From Chiloscyllium plagiosum (lineage: Eukaryota): a DNA stretch of 64,000 nucleotides. Each line of letters opens with the position of its first letter. Position 1 is the first letter of the stretch. Location: the NCBI RefSeq assembly GCF_004010195.1, contig NC_057750.1:9620062-9684061 (forward strand), given 5' to 3'. A model generated the notes under the pieces. The model searched no databases. It saw nothing but the letters and a program-made list of their open reading frames with translations, and was not told where the DNA came from. This document shows, piece after piece, positions 1-12,830 of the stretch. A program made the position numbers and the translations under genes.

Positions 1-494
1 TAGTGAACAAATCTAGGCAGTGCCGCACTGTCTGAAGTGGCTGGTAAATTAAACATAGGAACTAGAGTAGGCCATTCGGCCCCTCAAGTCTCTAGATTAT
101 TCGCCTCGGTATATCCTACTGTCCCTTCAGAACTGTAGGCCTTACTCAAAATGAAGACAGAGAAAACAGAAACTCTCTTCTTTCTGTTAAATCTTTCCTC
201 CTTGGGTAGTCAGTACGGTTTGGTATCCATGACTGCCCGGTGACACACCAGAAACCAACTCCTGCTGAGCGGGCGGGTAAGTGGAGCTGAGTCCATGAGA
301 AAGATCAGCCATGATCTTATCGAATGGTGGAGCAGGCTCGAGGGGATTTTGCCCGAAAGGTCGCTTCCCCTGCTCCTCGGATGCTGCCTGACTTGCTGTG
401 TTTTTCCAGCAGCAGTCAAATCTCAACAGCCTCCTCCTGCTCCTATTCCTCATGTCCCTCCAGGAGAGAGGAAGTGAGGAATCGAGGGCTGGAG

Positions 495-1035
495 TCATAG
501 GGTCCTACAGCACTGAGACAGGCCCTTCAGCCCAAACTGGTCCGTGCTGACCAAAACATCTGTCCACGCTAGACCCTGCACTTGGCCCATATCCTTCTAA
601 CCCTTTCCTATCCATGTATTTGTCCAAATGCCTTTTCAATGTTGTTAATGTACCCGCCTCAACTAATTCCACTGGCAGCTCATTCCATACCCGTACCCCC
701 CCCCCCCCGTGTAAAAAAGTTGCCCCTCAGGTTCCGTTTTTATTCTTTCCCCTCTCACCTTAAACTGATGCCCTCTAGTCCTCAATTCCCCAACCCTGGG
801 AAAAAGACTGAGTGCATTCATCGTATCCATGCCTCTCATGATCTTATACACCTCTAGAAGGTCCCCCCCCCAAAGAAAAATATCCTAGCTGGTCCAACCT
901 CTCCCTATAATTCAGTCTCTTGAGTCCTGGCAACATCCTTGTAAGTTTCTTCCACACTCTTTCCAGTTTAATAACATCCTTCCTATAGCAAGGTGACCAA
1001 AACTCAACACAGTACTCCAAGTGCAGCCTCACCAA
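495..1035 (-). mobile_element. CR1/HER1 LINE 3' fragment
   Basis: Encodes LVRLHLEYCVEFWSP...LERV...LTRMLPGL, followed by CR1 3' UTR and tail. Confidence 0.85.
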
Positions 1036-2171
1036 TGAACAGAAAAGGAAGAAGAATTTTTTTAAAATGTGCATTTTTATAGCATCTCATTGGAACAGGA
1101 GTAGGCCATTTGGCCCCTCTTCCACCATACGGTGAGATTGTGGCTCTTCTGTGGCTGAATTCTATATACCTGCCTTTTGGCTCAGGACTCTGAATACCTT
1201 TACTTAACAAAAATTTATCTCTCAGAGATTTAAAATTGGCAACTGGTCCAGCATCTACTGCCTTGTGGAAGAGATCTCCAAACCTCTCCCACCCTCAGTG
1301 TGTAGATGTGCTTCCTAACCTCTCTCTCCTGAACGCTCTGGCCCTCACTCTCTGACTAGGCCCTCCTAGTTCTGGAACCTCCAGCCAGTGGGAATAGTCT
1401 ATCTCTATCTATCCCATGTTTTCCAAATTAATATCTTCAACACTTCAATCAGGTCACCCTTTAACCTTCTAAATTCTCAAGGAAACGGACCTCATTTGTA
1501 TAATCTCTCCTCATAGTTGAGACTTCCCTGTCCACACAATCTAGATCCAAAAGATTGTACCATTCGGAAGAGGAACAGAGCAGCTTCCTGTCCAATATTT
1601 ACCTTTTGATCACAGAAGCAGAATTAGAATTAGCTTTATTGTCCGATGTGCTCACAGGAGTACAATAAAAGTTTACAAGTTGCCGTTTATTGTGTCATCA
1701 CAAGTACACGGTACCCAGGCACAGAATCTTCAGGGTGGGTTCATAGAAAAAAAATTAGAAATGAAATGTCAAGCATTACAGATTGTAGGACTAAATTAGA
1801 AAATGGAGAAATGAAAAGTTCAGAATAACCGTCCTTCCAACCCACTCCACCTAGCCTCCAGATTTCCCGTTTCTTTCTCACATCGGAGAGCTTTCTATGT
1901 GTCAATCGATTGCCCTCTCTCCTGCACTGCAGCACTTCAAACAAGTATTGCATTGTCTGTACAGTGATTTGAGAAACTGAGAGGTGGTATAAAAACAAGC
2001 CTCTCCATGGACTGTAAAAAAAGTGAAGTCATCTTCCTGGACTGCTCTCTGGTGGTGGGTTTAACCTGAGGGTCACTGCGCATCGAGTGAGGGGAGAGGT
2101 TGAGATGGAGAGTCCTTCATGGTGACCTCAGCCGGTGGTGGGAATTGAACCCCCATTGGGTTGCATCTCTG

Positions 2172-2375
2172 AAGTGTGGCGCTGGAAAAGCACAGCAGGT
2201 CAGGCAGCATCCGAGGAGCAGGAGAGTCAACGTTTCAGACATGAGCCCTTCATGAAGAGCTTATGCTCGAAACTTCAACTCTCCTACTCCTTGGATGCAA
2301 CCTGACCTGCTGTGCTTTACCTGCACCACACTCTCAACTCCGACTCTCCAACATCTGCAGTCCTCACACTCTCTC
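2172..2375. mobile_element. PLE family A inverted micro-element (degenerate hammerheads)
   Basis: gctggaaaagcacagcaggtcagg arm, inverted arm, and ccaacatctgcagtcctcac tail. Confidence 0.75.
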
Positions 2376-2609
2376 GTATTGCAGATCAGCTGAGCAGCCA
2401 ACTGAGCTAACTGATCCTACTGTTGAGGTATGTGCAAGTGACCAACCTATCCGTTTGAGATTACTCAGAATTCCTACAGTGTGGAAACAGGCCATTCACC
2501 CCATTGAGTCCACACCGAAGAGCAACAGTAACAGAATTGCATGGAGGGGTAGAGAGAATTTGAAGGAACTAAACTATGATCAACAGACGACAGGCAATAA
2601 AGATAAAAC

Positions 2610-2965
2610 AAATGACTGTGGATGCTGGATATCTGAAATAAACAAGAAACTGAAATTGCTGGAGAAACTGAGCTGGTCTGGCAGCATCTTGGGGAGGGAG
2701 AAAATAGAGTTAATGTTTTGAACCCAAAGAAGGATCACTTGACTCTACCTCTCTGCGCACACTGACAAACAGGAACAAAGAATTTGGCGAAAATAAAACA
2801 AAGATGCACAAACGTTGAAAGTTTGAAACAGACAAAAACATAAAGCTGCCAGTCCTGAAAAAGAGTCACTGGACTTGAAACATTAACTCTGTTTTTCTCT
2901 CTCTCAGTCCGCAGATGCTGTCAGATCTGCTGAGTCTCTCCAGCGCATTCTGTGTTTGTTTGTAA
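2610..2965. mobile_element. PLE family C termini (degenerate, both orientations)
   Basis: cctgaaaaagagtcactggacttgaaacattaactctg at about 2854 is a decayed CUGAAGA-GGGUC/GACCC-GAAACGUU; an inverse copy lies at about 2610-2745. Confidence 0.55.
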
Positions 2966-3684
2966 AACGTATTTATCTGTTGCTTTCATCCAGATTCTTA
3001 AAAAAACAATATTGTGTAAGCTTTACACAATATTGCACAAGCTCTTTAAATATCACTTGCGACAACGTAAAGGAACAAGCAATAAATGCCAAACAATACA
3101 GGACAAACAAACTGAAATTTTAAAGCTAAACAAAACATACTTGGCTAAACATTCATGATCACGGCACGACAAAAACATTTATTTGCGGATTTGTAACTTA
3201 ACTACACTTGGGAATATTAAGTGTGCTGCCTATTCCAGACCTTTATTCTCTCATCATATGAATTTGCATTTATTCCTTTGATATGGTAAATCCAGAAGAA
3301 AGAATATTATATCAGCTAGATCTGAGAAATTTAGAAGCTTTTGAGACATAACTAGTTAGCTGAACAATTATCCTTGGGAAAATACTAAAGTCCATTATTA
3401 ATGATGAAAAAGCATGATATTTAATGTAATTAGAGTCAGCTTGGTTTTGTCAAAGGGAAATTGTTTGACAAAGTTGGTAGAGAGTTCTTTGAGGATACAA
3501 CAAACAGAGCTGTTGAAGGGGAACCAGTAGATGTAGAGAGTTGGGATGCCCAGAAAACGTTCAGTTGGCACCACACAAATGCTTATTGCATGAGGTAGAA
3601 GGTCATGGTTTTGGGGGTAAAGCCTTTGCATGGGTTGAGGATTGAGGTTGAGAAGGCAGGGAAGTTGAGATTGAAGTTTTTTGA

Positions 3685-4125
3685 GGCACAGTGGTTCAGT
3701 GGTTAGCACTGCTGCCTCACAACGCCCAGGGACCCAGGTTCAATCCCACCCTCGGGCAACTGTGTAGAGTTTGCACATTCTCCCCGTGGCTGCGTGGATT
3801 TCTTCCCGTGGTCTAAAGATGTACAGGTTAAGGTGGATTGGCCATGTTAAATTGCCCATAGTGCCCAGGCTAGATGGAATAGCCATGAGAAATATGGTGT
3901 GAGCTTGCTAGGGTTTCTTCCCACCATCCAAAGATGTGCAGGTTGGGGTGGATTGGCCATGGGGAAATTGCCCCATAGAGTCCAGGGATGTGTGGGGTAG
4001 GTGGGTTAGCCATGGGAAATGCAGGGTTATAGGGCGCGTCAGGGTGCAATGCTTCCCGGAGGGTCGGTATGGACTCGATGAGCCAAATGGCCTGCTTCTA
4101 CAATGTAGACATTCTATGATTCTAA
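3685..4125 (+). mobile_element. HE1-type V-SINE (internally rearranged)
   Basis: tRNA-like head ggcacagtggttcagtggttagcactgctgcctcac, V-domain gagtttgcacattctccccg, LINE-like tail. Confidence 0.8.
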
Positions 4126-4544
4126 GGTGAAAGGTTAAACTAGTGGGCAGCCACCAGAATTAGTCCCATGGCATCAGTTATTTCCTATCTACATTAATGA
4201 TCAGGAGGAGGGATGGAATGTAATGTGTCCCAAATGTGCTGATGATACGGAAATAGGTGGGAGGGCATGTTGGGATGAATCATAGACATAGATACATCCA
4301 GCACACAAACAGACCCTTCGGCCCAACCAGTCCATGCCGACCATGTTCCCAAACTAAATTAGTCCCACCTGCCTGTTCCTGGCCCATGTCCCTCCAAACC
4401 TTTCCTATTCATGAACTTATCCAAATATTCTAATCACATTTTCTTTGCAGCTGCTCCTTTGTCTGAATGCCAAATTTCCACTCTCTCTTCCTACTTTTTG
4501 ATGCCCTTCATATCTAAACATTTATAAGAATAAATTCAGTGAAA

Positions 4545-5025
4545 CTCGAAAGGGTTCAGAAAAGATTTAACAAGGATGTTGCCAGGGTTGGAGGGTTTGA
4601 GCTACAGGGAGAGGCTGAACAGGCTGGGGCTGTTTTCCCTGGAGCAGCAGAGGCTGAGGGGTGACTTTATAGAGGTTTATAAAATCATGAGGGGCGTGGA
4701 TAGGGTAAATAAACACGGTCTTTTCCCTGGGGTCGGGGAGTCCAGAACTAGAGGGCATAGGTTTAGGGTGAGAGGGGAAAGATTTAAAAGTGACCTGAGG
4801 GGCAATGTTTTCACGCAGAGGGTGGTACGTGTATGGAATGAGGAAGTGGTGGAGGCTGGTACAATTCCAACATTTAAAAGGCATCTGGATGGGTATATGA
4901 ATAGAAAGAGTGTCAAGGGATATGGGCCAAGTGCTGACAAATGGGACTAGTTTAATTTAGGATATCCGGTTGGCATGGATGGGTTGGGCCAAAGAGTCTG
5001 TTTCTGTGCTGTACATCTCCATGAC
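4545..5025 (+). mobile_element. CR1/HER1 LINE 3' fragment
   Basis: MLPGLEGLSYRERLNRLGLFSLE...RTRGH...WN...; RT C-terminal region and 3' UTR. Confidence 0.9.
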
Positions 5026-5494
5026 TCAACCTCCACAGCGTTCTGTGGTAGAGAATTTCATCTCAGTTCTAAATGGTCTCCCCCATATCCTGAGACTGTG
5101 TCCCCTGCTTCTAGACTCCCTTACCAAGGGAAACATGCTCCCTGCATCCTGTCTGTTCAACCCTGTGAGAATTTTATAGCCTCTACTATAAACTCTAGTA
5201 CACAGTGGAACTAACTGTCCAGCAGTATCACACTGAGTGGAATATTCACCATGGACCTAATGTCATCTTTAGCTGCAGAAAAGATTCGGACCAGTTTAAA
5301 AAAAAGCAGATTGAGAGAAAAAAGTTGACTTGTGTTATTAAGAAAATGGAGTTAATCTGCCCTCAGACCCCAGGACAATTTATGCCTAATTATTGATGAA
5401 ATCAAACACTTCCTTGTTTTATTTAAAGGATTAACAGGAAACAACAGCTGTCTTTTAGTGTTTTTCTTTGGCTCCACAGGAATTTAAAAGCAAG

Positions 5495-5622
5495 GGAAAG
5501 AACTTGCATTTATATAGTGCCTGTCATGTCCCTTTTTTCTCCCCAAGGTGTTCCGAAGGGCTTTCCAGCCAATGAGGTGCTCTTGAAATTAGGATTGGGG
5601 TTAGTGTGGTCACTGTTACAAT
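5495..5622 (-). mobile_element. DeuSINE-like 3' tail relic
   Basis: Reverse complement of ...cattggctg...aggcactatataaatgcaagttcttt; the same tail occurs at about 63480-63515. Confidence 0.55.
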
Positions 5623-5799
5623 ATAACCACAATCATTGCTTCTCCAGCTGGTTACTCTCTGCATATGTAGAGCAGGTTAAAGATGATTTAAAGCAGAGTT
5701 GGACAAAGTCACTGTTTATTCAATGCAATAAGGATTTGTTTTTCACCTTTATTCTTCCATGGGGTATGAGCAACACTTTCAAGACCAGCATTTAATCAG

Positions 5800-6135
5800 A
5801 GAATCCCTACAGTGGAAGTAGACCATTTAGACTATCAGGTCCACACCAACCCTCCGAAGCACATCCTACGCAGACCCACCACTCTCCCTTAAAACCATGC
5901 TAACCCACTTCGCCTGCTCACCCCTGGACTCTATGGAGCAATTCAGCACGGCCAATCCAGCCTAATCTGCACATTTTTGGATCGTGGGAGGAAACCGCAG
6001 CACCCGGAGGAAACCCGCACAGACACGGGGAGAATGTGCAAACTCCACACAGACAGTCGCCCGAGGGTGGGAATTGAGCCCAGGTCCCTAGTGCTGTGAG
6101 GCAGCAGTGCTAACCACTTAACCACCGTACCACCC
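5800..6135 (-). mobile_element. HE1-type V-SINE
   Basis: Near full-length reverse copy with tRNA head and V-domain. Confidence 0.85.
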
Positions 6136-6536
6136 ACGTCTTGCCCATCCCTAGTTGCCCCTTGAAATTAATAGCTCTCTAGATATCCTTTTACAATAAT
6201 TGATGATGGTTTCACATTTCCTGAGATTAATTAATTGCATTTGAGTTCTACCAGATGCCACGGTGGGATTTGAACCTAAAACCCCCAGACTCATCCCTTA
6301 AGGTCTTTGGATCATGAGCCCAGTGAAAATACCATTCCATCATTATACTTCCCATTTCTCAATGTGGAAATATACAGAGTTATGGTTGGGGTAAGGATTA
6401 TTCGCTGTGTCCATGGATATAGGAGCAAGAGGAGAATATTTCAACCCTTGAGACTCTTCCACCATCCAACTCTGGCCACTCAGTCCTTCAGGCCTGTGTG
6501 CCATTCAATGCGAGCATGGCTGCTCTGTTTTGACTC

Positions 6537-6726
6537 AGGATTAGAGCGGCGCTGGAAAAGCACAGCAGGTCAGGCAACATCCGAGGAGCAGGAAAATCGA
6601 CGTTTCATGCAGGAGCCCTTCATCAGGAATGCTGCCCCTCGGATGCTGCCTGACCTGCTGTGCTTTTCCAGCCCCACTCTAACCTCGACTCTAATCTCCA
6701 GCATCTGCAGTCCTCACTTTCGCCTG
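6537..6726. mobile_element. PLE family A inverted micro-element
   Basis: Inverted arms around cttcatcaggaat; the minus-strand hammerhead has a broken stem II. Confidence 0.75.
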
Positions 6727-6949
6727 ATCTGATTTGACACTCATTCCTGTATATCCCCCGATAACCTTCTATCCTCTTGGTTGTCAAATATTCAAATATT
6801 CTGCACTCACTGCCTCTTGAGAAGGGAATTCCAAACACTCCCCACTCTCTGAGAGAATTTTGTCTTGCTCATCGCTGATGGAAATCAGTGCTCCCTTGCC
6901 TTTAGACTCAACCTTTCCACATCCACCAGCCAAGTCCCCTCAGGATAGA

Positions 6950-9170
6950 ACTTCAAAAAATATAGCACAGAGCAGGCCCTTTGGCCCACGATGTTGTGCC
7001 AAGGATTAATCCTAATCTAAAATAAAATAATCTAACCCAAGCACCCCTCAATTCACTGCTCTCCATGTGCCTGTCCAGTCATCACGTAACTGTCCCTAAT
7101 AACTCTGCTTCCACCACCACCACTGGCAACGCATTCCATGCATTCACAACTCTCTGCATAAAGAACCTGCCTCTAACGTCTCCTCTATATCTTCCTCCTA
7201 ACACATTAAAGCTATGACCCCGCCCCGTGCCAGTCAATCCTGCCCTAGGGAAAAGTGCCTGGCTATTGACTCTATCCAAGCCTCCCATTACGTTGTATAC
7301 CTCGATCAGGTCACCTCTCTTCCTCCTTTCTCCAGAGAGAAAAGTCTGAGCTTAGTCAACCTCTCTTCGTAAAACAAGCCCTCCAGTCTAGGCAGCATCC
7401 TAGTAACCCTTCTTTGCACCCTCTCCAAAGCTTCTGTATCTTTCCTATAGTAGGGCGACCAGAACTGGACACAATATTCCAAGTGTGGTCTCACCAGGGT
7501 CTTGTGGAGCTGCAGCAAAACCTCGCAGCTCTTAAACTCGATCCCCCTGTTAATGAAAGCCAAAACACCATATGCTTTCTTAACAACCCTATCCACTTGA
7601 GTGGCAACTTTGAGGGATCCATGTACTTGCATACCCAGATCCCTCTGTTCCTCCACACTGCCAAGAATCCTGTCTTTAATCCTATATTCAGCATTCGAGT
7701 TCAACCTTCCAAAATGCATCACTTCACATTTATCCAGGTTGAGCTCCATCTGCCATTTCTCAGCCCAACTCTGCATCCTGTCAATGTCATGCTGCCTGCA
7801 ATTGCCCTCGATACTACCAACGGCACCTCCAACCTTTCTGTTATCTGCAAATTTACTAACCCACCCCTCGACCTCCTCATCCAAGTCATTTATAAAACCT
7901 AAAAAGAGCAGAGGCCCAGGAACAGAGCCCTGCGGGACACCACTCACCACTGACCTCCAGGCAGAATACTTTCCATCTACAACCACTCTCTGCCTTCTGT
8001 CAGCCAGCCAATTCTGAATCCAGACAGCCAAATCTCCCTGTATCCCATACCTCCTGAGTTTATGAATGAGCCTACCATGGGGAACCTTATCAAATGCCTT
8101 GCTGAAGTCAATATACACCACATCCACTGCTTGACCTTCGAACTATCTCGTCGCCTCCTGAAAGAACTCAATAAGATTTGTGAGGCATGACCTGCCCCTC
8201 ACAAAGCCATGCTGACTGCCTTTAATCACGCAATGCTTTTCCAAATAGTCATAAATCCTATCCCTCAGAATTCTTTCCAAAACCTTGCTGACCACAGACG
8301 TAAGACTGACTGGTCTGTAATTGCCATGGATTTCCCTATTCTCCTTCTTGAAAAGAGGAACAACATTCCCCTCCCTCCAATCCTCCGTACGATTCCCATG
8401 GAGCGTGAGGAAGCATAAGTCTTCGCCAGGGCCTTAGCAACCTCCTGTCTCACTTCCCAGAGCAACCTAGAATAAATCTGGTCTGGCCCTGCGGACTTAT
8501 CAATCTTAATGTTTGCCAGAATTTCCAGCACATCAACTTCCTCAATCTTGATCTGTTCAAACCTATTTCCCAGCTCCTCAAAGTTCTCACTCACAACAAG
8601 GTCCCTTTCCTTAGTGAAAACTGAAGCAAAAAACTCATTTAGGGCTTCCCCTATCTGCTCAGGCTCCATGCACAAGTTCCCTCCGCTTTCCCTGATCGGC
8701 CCTACCTTCTCCCTGATTATTCTCTTATTCCTCACGTATGAGTAAAATCCCTTTGGGTTCTCCCTAATCCTTCCTCTCAAGCTTTTTTTGTGTCCCCTCC
8801 TGGCTCTCCTCAGTCCATTTCTGAGCTCCTTTCTAGTAAGCCTGCAATGCTGTAAAGCTGTGCTAGATCCTTGCTTCCTCCACCTTACGTAAACTGCCTT
8901 CTTCCTTTTGACGAGAAGCTCCTCTGTTCTTGTCATCCAAGGTTCCTTAATCTTACCCCTTCTTGTCTGTCTCAGAGGAACAAATCTGTGCATCAGTTGC
9001 AACAACTGCTCCTTAAACAGTCTCCACATGTCTGTTGTGCCCTTTCTGTGGAACAATTGCTCCCAATCTGTACTTTCCAACTTTTGTCTGATAGCGTCAT
9101 AATTTCCTTTTCCCTAAATAAATATCTTCCCTTGGTAACTGCTCCTTTCCCCCTCTAAGGCTATGGTAAA
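6950..9170 (-). mobile_element. 5'-truncated CR1 LINE, ~2.2 kb of disrupted ORF2 (reverse transcriptase)
   Basis: ORFs 8265-9080, 7306-8127 and 7082-7288 join through frameshifts: KSAGPDQI, IDFSKAFDKVPH, GVPQGSV.GP, KFADN (YADD-like motif altered), [15 protein letters not shown]. Confidence 0.95.
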
Positions 9171-9225
9171 TGTTCCATGCTGTACATCTCGATGAAAGGA
9201 CAGGCAGATGGACAGAGTTCTTTGT

Positions 9226-9449
9226 TAAGATTAGAGTGGTGCTGGAAAAGCACAGCAGGTCAGGCAGCATCCGAGGAGCAGGAAAATCGATGTTTCGGGC
9301 AGGAGCCCTTCATCAGGAATGAATGAAGGGCTTTTGCCCGAAACATTGATTTTTCCTGCTCCTCGGATGCTGCCTGACCTGCTGTGCTTTTCCAGCATCA
9401 CTCTAATCTTGACTCTGATCTCCAGCATCTGCAGTCCTCACTTTCACCT
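9226..9449. mobile_element. PLE family A palindromic micro-element with 12-bp TSD
   Basis: agagttctttgt at 9214-9225 and 9450-9461; inverted arms; minus-strand hammerhead core at 9289-9316. Confidence 0.85.
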
Positions 9450-9601
9450 AGAGTTCTTTGTGAGTCAGAAGTGAAATAACATTGATAGCAAGAAATGAAA
9501 TAGGGTCGGAAGGCGTAGAATTAGTGTCCGGGTAGAGTTTTGAAACCGCAAGGGCAAAAAGTGACCCTGATGGGGTTATGTACAGGCCTCCTCGCAGATT
9601 C

Positions 9602-9629
9602 CTGAAGAAGGGCTTATGCCCGAAACGTC
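9602..9629 (+). ncRNA. Minimal hammerhead ribozyme motif (PLE family A), intact core
   Basis: CTGAAGA-A-GGGC-TTAT-GCCC-GAAA-CGTC. Lies at the start of a single-arm element (about 9598-9725) flanked by cctcctcgcag/cctcctagcag. Helix I is very short. Confidence 0.75.
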
Positions 9630-10789
9630 GATTCTCCTGTTCCTTTGATGCTGCCTGACCTGCTGCGCTTTTCCAGCAACACATTTTTAAGCTCTGATCT
9701 CCAGCATCTGCAGTCCTCACTTCCTCCTAGCAGTAGTCAGGCTATGGAGCTGAAAATAAATCAGGAGATTGAAAAGGCAATCCAATAATCATGTAGTCTT
9801 CAATGTGCAGGTACACTGGGAAATACAGGTTGGTAGCAATAGGAGAGGAATTTGTGGGATATCTGCAAGACGGTTTTTCAAAGCAGCTTTGGTAGAGCCC
9901 ACTAGGGTACAGGCAATTCTGGATCCGGTGGTGTGTCATGAAGTAGACTTGACCAGGGAGCTGAAGGTGAAGAAACCCCTTTGGGGGCAGTGACCATAAC
10001 ATGAGAGAATTCACCCTGCCGTTTCAGAGGGAGAAGCTGGGATCAGATGTAACGGCACAGCCTCAGAGTGAAGGGACAACCCTTTAGAACTGAAATGAGG
10101 AGGAATTTCTTCAGCCAGAGGGTGGTGACTCTGTCAAACTCATTACCACAGTAGGCTTTGGAGGCCCGGTCATTGAGTGTATTTAAGACAGAAATAGATA
10201 GGGTCTCAACTACAAAGGGGATCAAGGGTTATGGGGAGAAGACACAAGAATGGGGTTGAGAAACATCTACACCATGATCGAATGTGTGAAGACTCGATGA
10301 GCCAAATGGCTCAATTGTGCTCCTGTATCTTCTGATCTACACCTCTGTGTAACTGTATATCAGGAGTCAGTATTTGTTAAGGATTGCTCACTGTGTAACT
10401 GTTGACTTGCTGTTGTTCGGCAAAGTAAGGGTTACTGTCTTTTTAAGCGGAGAATTGGCCAGCAAATTACATCTGAAGGTGTTCCTTATCTCGAATGGTC
10501 CCAATTAGCTGAGAGGGAGAGTGAGTAAATCCTCTGTGAGACAGATTGCGATTATAAATGTCAGTCTGTCTTGGGCTTTGTAACTCCTCACTCCATTCTC
10601 TCAGGACCTTATAATGTTGGAAAGACCCAAAAGCATGATCTTCCTCTTAAAATTCCTGGAATTCCTTGCATGAAATCATCTGTTAAATCACCTCTCAGTT
10701 GCCAGTCTCTTTGTGGCTGATGAGATCATGCATCGTGGCCTTGAACCTGCCTCGGTTCCCAAACATGATCTTTATTTTTAGGTCATTCC

Positions 10790-11458
10790 AACACAGTTCA
10801 GATAGTGAAGAAGGCGTTTGCTATGCTTTCCTTTATTGGTCAGAGTATTGAGTACAGGAGTTGGGAGGCCAAGTTGCGGCTGTATCGGAACATAGGTTAG
10901 GCCACTGTTGGAATATTGCGTGCAATTCTGGTCTCCTTCCTATTGGAAAGATGTTGTGAAATTTGAAAGGGTTCAGAAAAGATTTACAAGGATGTTGCCA
11001 GGGTTGGAGGATTTGAGCTATAGGGAGAGGTTGAACAGGCTGGGGCTGTTTTCCCTGGAGCGTCGGAGGCTGAGGGGTGACCTTATAGAGGTTTACAAAA
11101 TAATGAGGGGCATGGGTAGGATAAATAGACAAAGTATTTTCTCTGGGGTAGGGGAGTCCAGAACTAGAGGGCATAGGTTTAGGGTGAGAGGGGAAAGCTA
11201 TAAAAGGGACCTAAGGGGTAACTTATTCACACAGAGGGTGGTACGTGTATGGAGTGAGCTCCCAGAGAAAGTGGTGGAGGCTGGTACAATTACAACATTT
11301 AAAAGGCATCTGGGTGGGGAAATGAATAGGAAGGGTTTGGAGGGATATGGGCCGGGTGCTGGAAGGTGGGACTAGATTGGGTTGGCATATCTGGTCGGCA
11401 TGGATGGATTGGACCGAAGGGTCTGTTTCTGTGCTGTACATCTCTATGACTCTATGAC
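10790..11458 (+). mobile_element. CR1/HER1 LINE 3' fragment
   Basis: [10 protein letters not shown]...WD* ORF plus (ctctatga)n tail. Confidence 0.9.
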
Positions 11459-11699
11459 ACAGCTAAACCTTATCTTGGTGTCTGAGGTTGCCTGTTTAAA
11501 TACAATAACACTGACTTGCTGTCTCCCTCCTCATTCTTTCAAAGTGGGAAGACGAGGCTGAGTTTAAAGTAAACACTTTAGCGCCCTGACTGGGAAATGG
11601 TCTGGACAACATTGGATGAAAAAAAATCCTACTAACCCCACCCTGACCTCAGTCCCGAAATCTCCCTTCCACTGAATCTCACCTCCTCACTTTGCCCTC

Positions 11700-12085
11700 G
11701 AGTCATAGAGTCACAGAGATGTACAGCATGGAAACAGACCCTTCGGTCCAACTCGTCCATGCTGACCAGATATCCAAAATTAATCGAATCCCATTTGCCA
11801 GCATTTGTCCCATATCCCTCCAAACCCTTCCTATTCATATACTCCCCTCATGATTTTGTAAACCTCTATAAGGTCACCCCTCAGCCTCCGACACTCCAGG
11901 GAAAACAGCCCCAGCCTGTTCAGCCTCTCCCTATAGCTCAAATCCTCCAACCCTGGCAACCTCTTTGTAAATGTTTTCCAAGCCCTTTCAAGTTTCACAA
12001 CATCCTTCCGGTAGGAAGGAGACCAGAATGGAACACGGTATTCTAAAAAGAGGGACTAACCACTGCCCTGTACAGACGCAACATG
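11700..12085 (-). mobile_element. CR1/HER1 LINE 3' fragment with internal deletion
   Basis: Reverse of the same CR1 3' end. Confidence 0.85.
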
Positions 12086-12299
12086 GATGTAGCAGCAGCT
12101 GCCAAATTTTCTGGAATTCCTGGCATTTACTGACATCTCCTTGCCAGCAGAGGCAGCAGTGAGCCCTCTGGCTTCTGAATTGAAGGATCCCGGGTCCAGT
12201 CCCACTCGCACTTGGGGAAACCCGCTCTGTCTGTGGGGCTGCCTTTTGGGTGAGCCGCTGGGCTGGATCTATCCCTTGGTGGTATTTTGAAGAGGAGCA

Positions 12300-12830
12300 G
12301 ATTTTTGATTTATTATTGTCCCGTGTACCTCGGTACAGTGAAAATTTGTGTTTTGCGTGCAGTACAGGCAGATCATACCATTCGAAGTGCTTTCAGGTCA
12401 TAGAACAGAGTGAGGAATACGGTGTTACAGCTGCAGAGAGAACGGGATCAACGTTAAATTTGAGCGGTCCATTCAGACGTCTGACAACAGTGGGGAAGAA
12501 GCTGCTCTTGAATCTGTTGGGTCCCTGTGTTCAAGCTTTTGTATCTCCTGCCTGACAGAAGAGGGTCGAAGAGATTCTAACTGGGGTGGGAGGGGTCTTT
12601 GATGATGTTGGCTGCCTTCCTGAGGGAAGTGTGGATGGAATCAATCGATTGGAGCTTGCATGATGGCCTGGGCTGTGCCTCACATCTCTCTGTAGTTTCG
12701 TACGGCCCTGGGCAGAGCAGTTGCTGTACCAAAACCATGATGCATCCAGACAGGATGCTTTCTGTGGTGCGTCTATAGAGATTGGCGAGAGTCCTTGTCG
12801 ACGTGCTGAATTCCCTTAGCCTCCCTGAGA
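12300..12830 (-). mobile_element. Rex1/Babar-type LINE 3' fragment
   Basis: Minus-strand STRTLANLYRRTTESILSGCI...KAANIIKDPSHP resembles the Rex1 RT C-terminal domain; ends in an aataaatc-type tail. Confidence 0.65.

Noticed and set aside
3685..3760. tRNA genes at SINE heads
   Set aside because: A/B-box tRNA-like heads run directly into the V-SINE body; these are SINEs
7306..9080. Functional reverse transcriptase gene
   Set aside because: 5'-truncated, frameshifted CR1 with the catalytic motif altered to FADN
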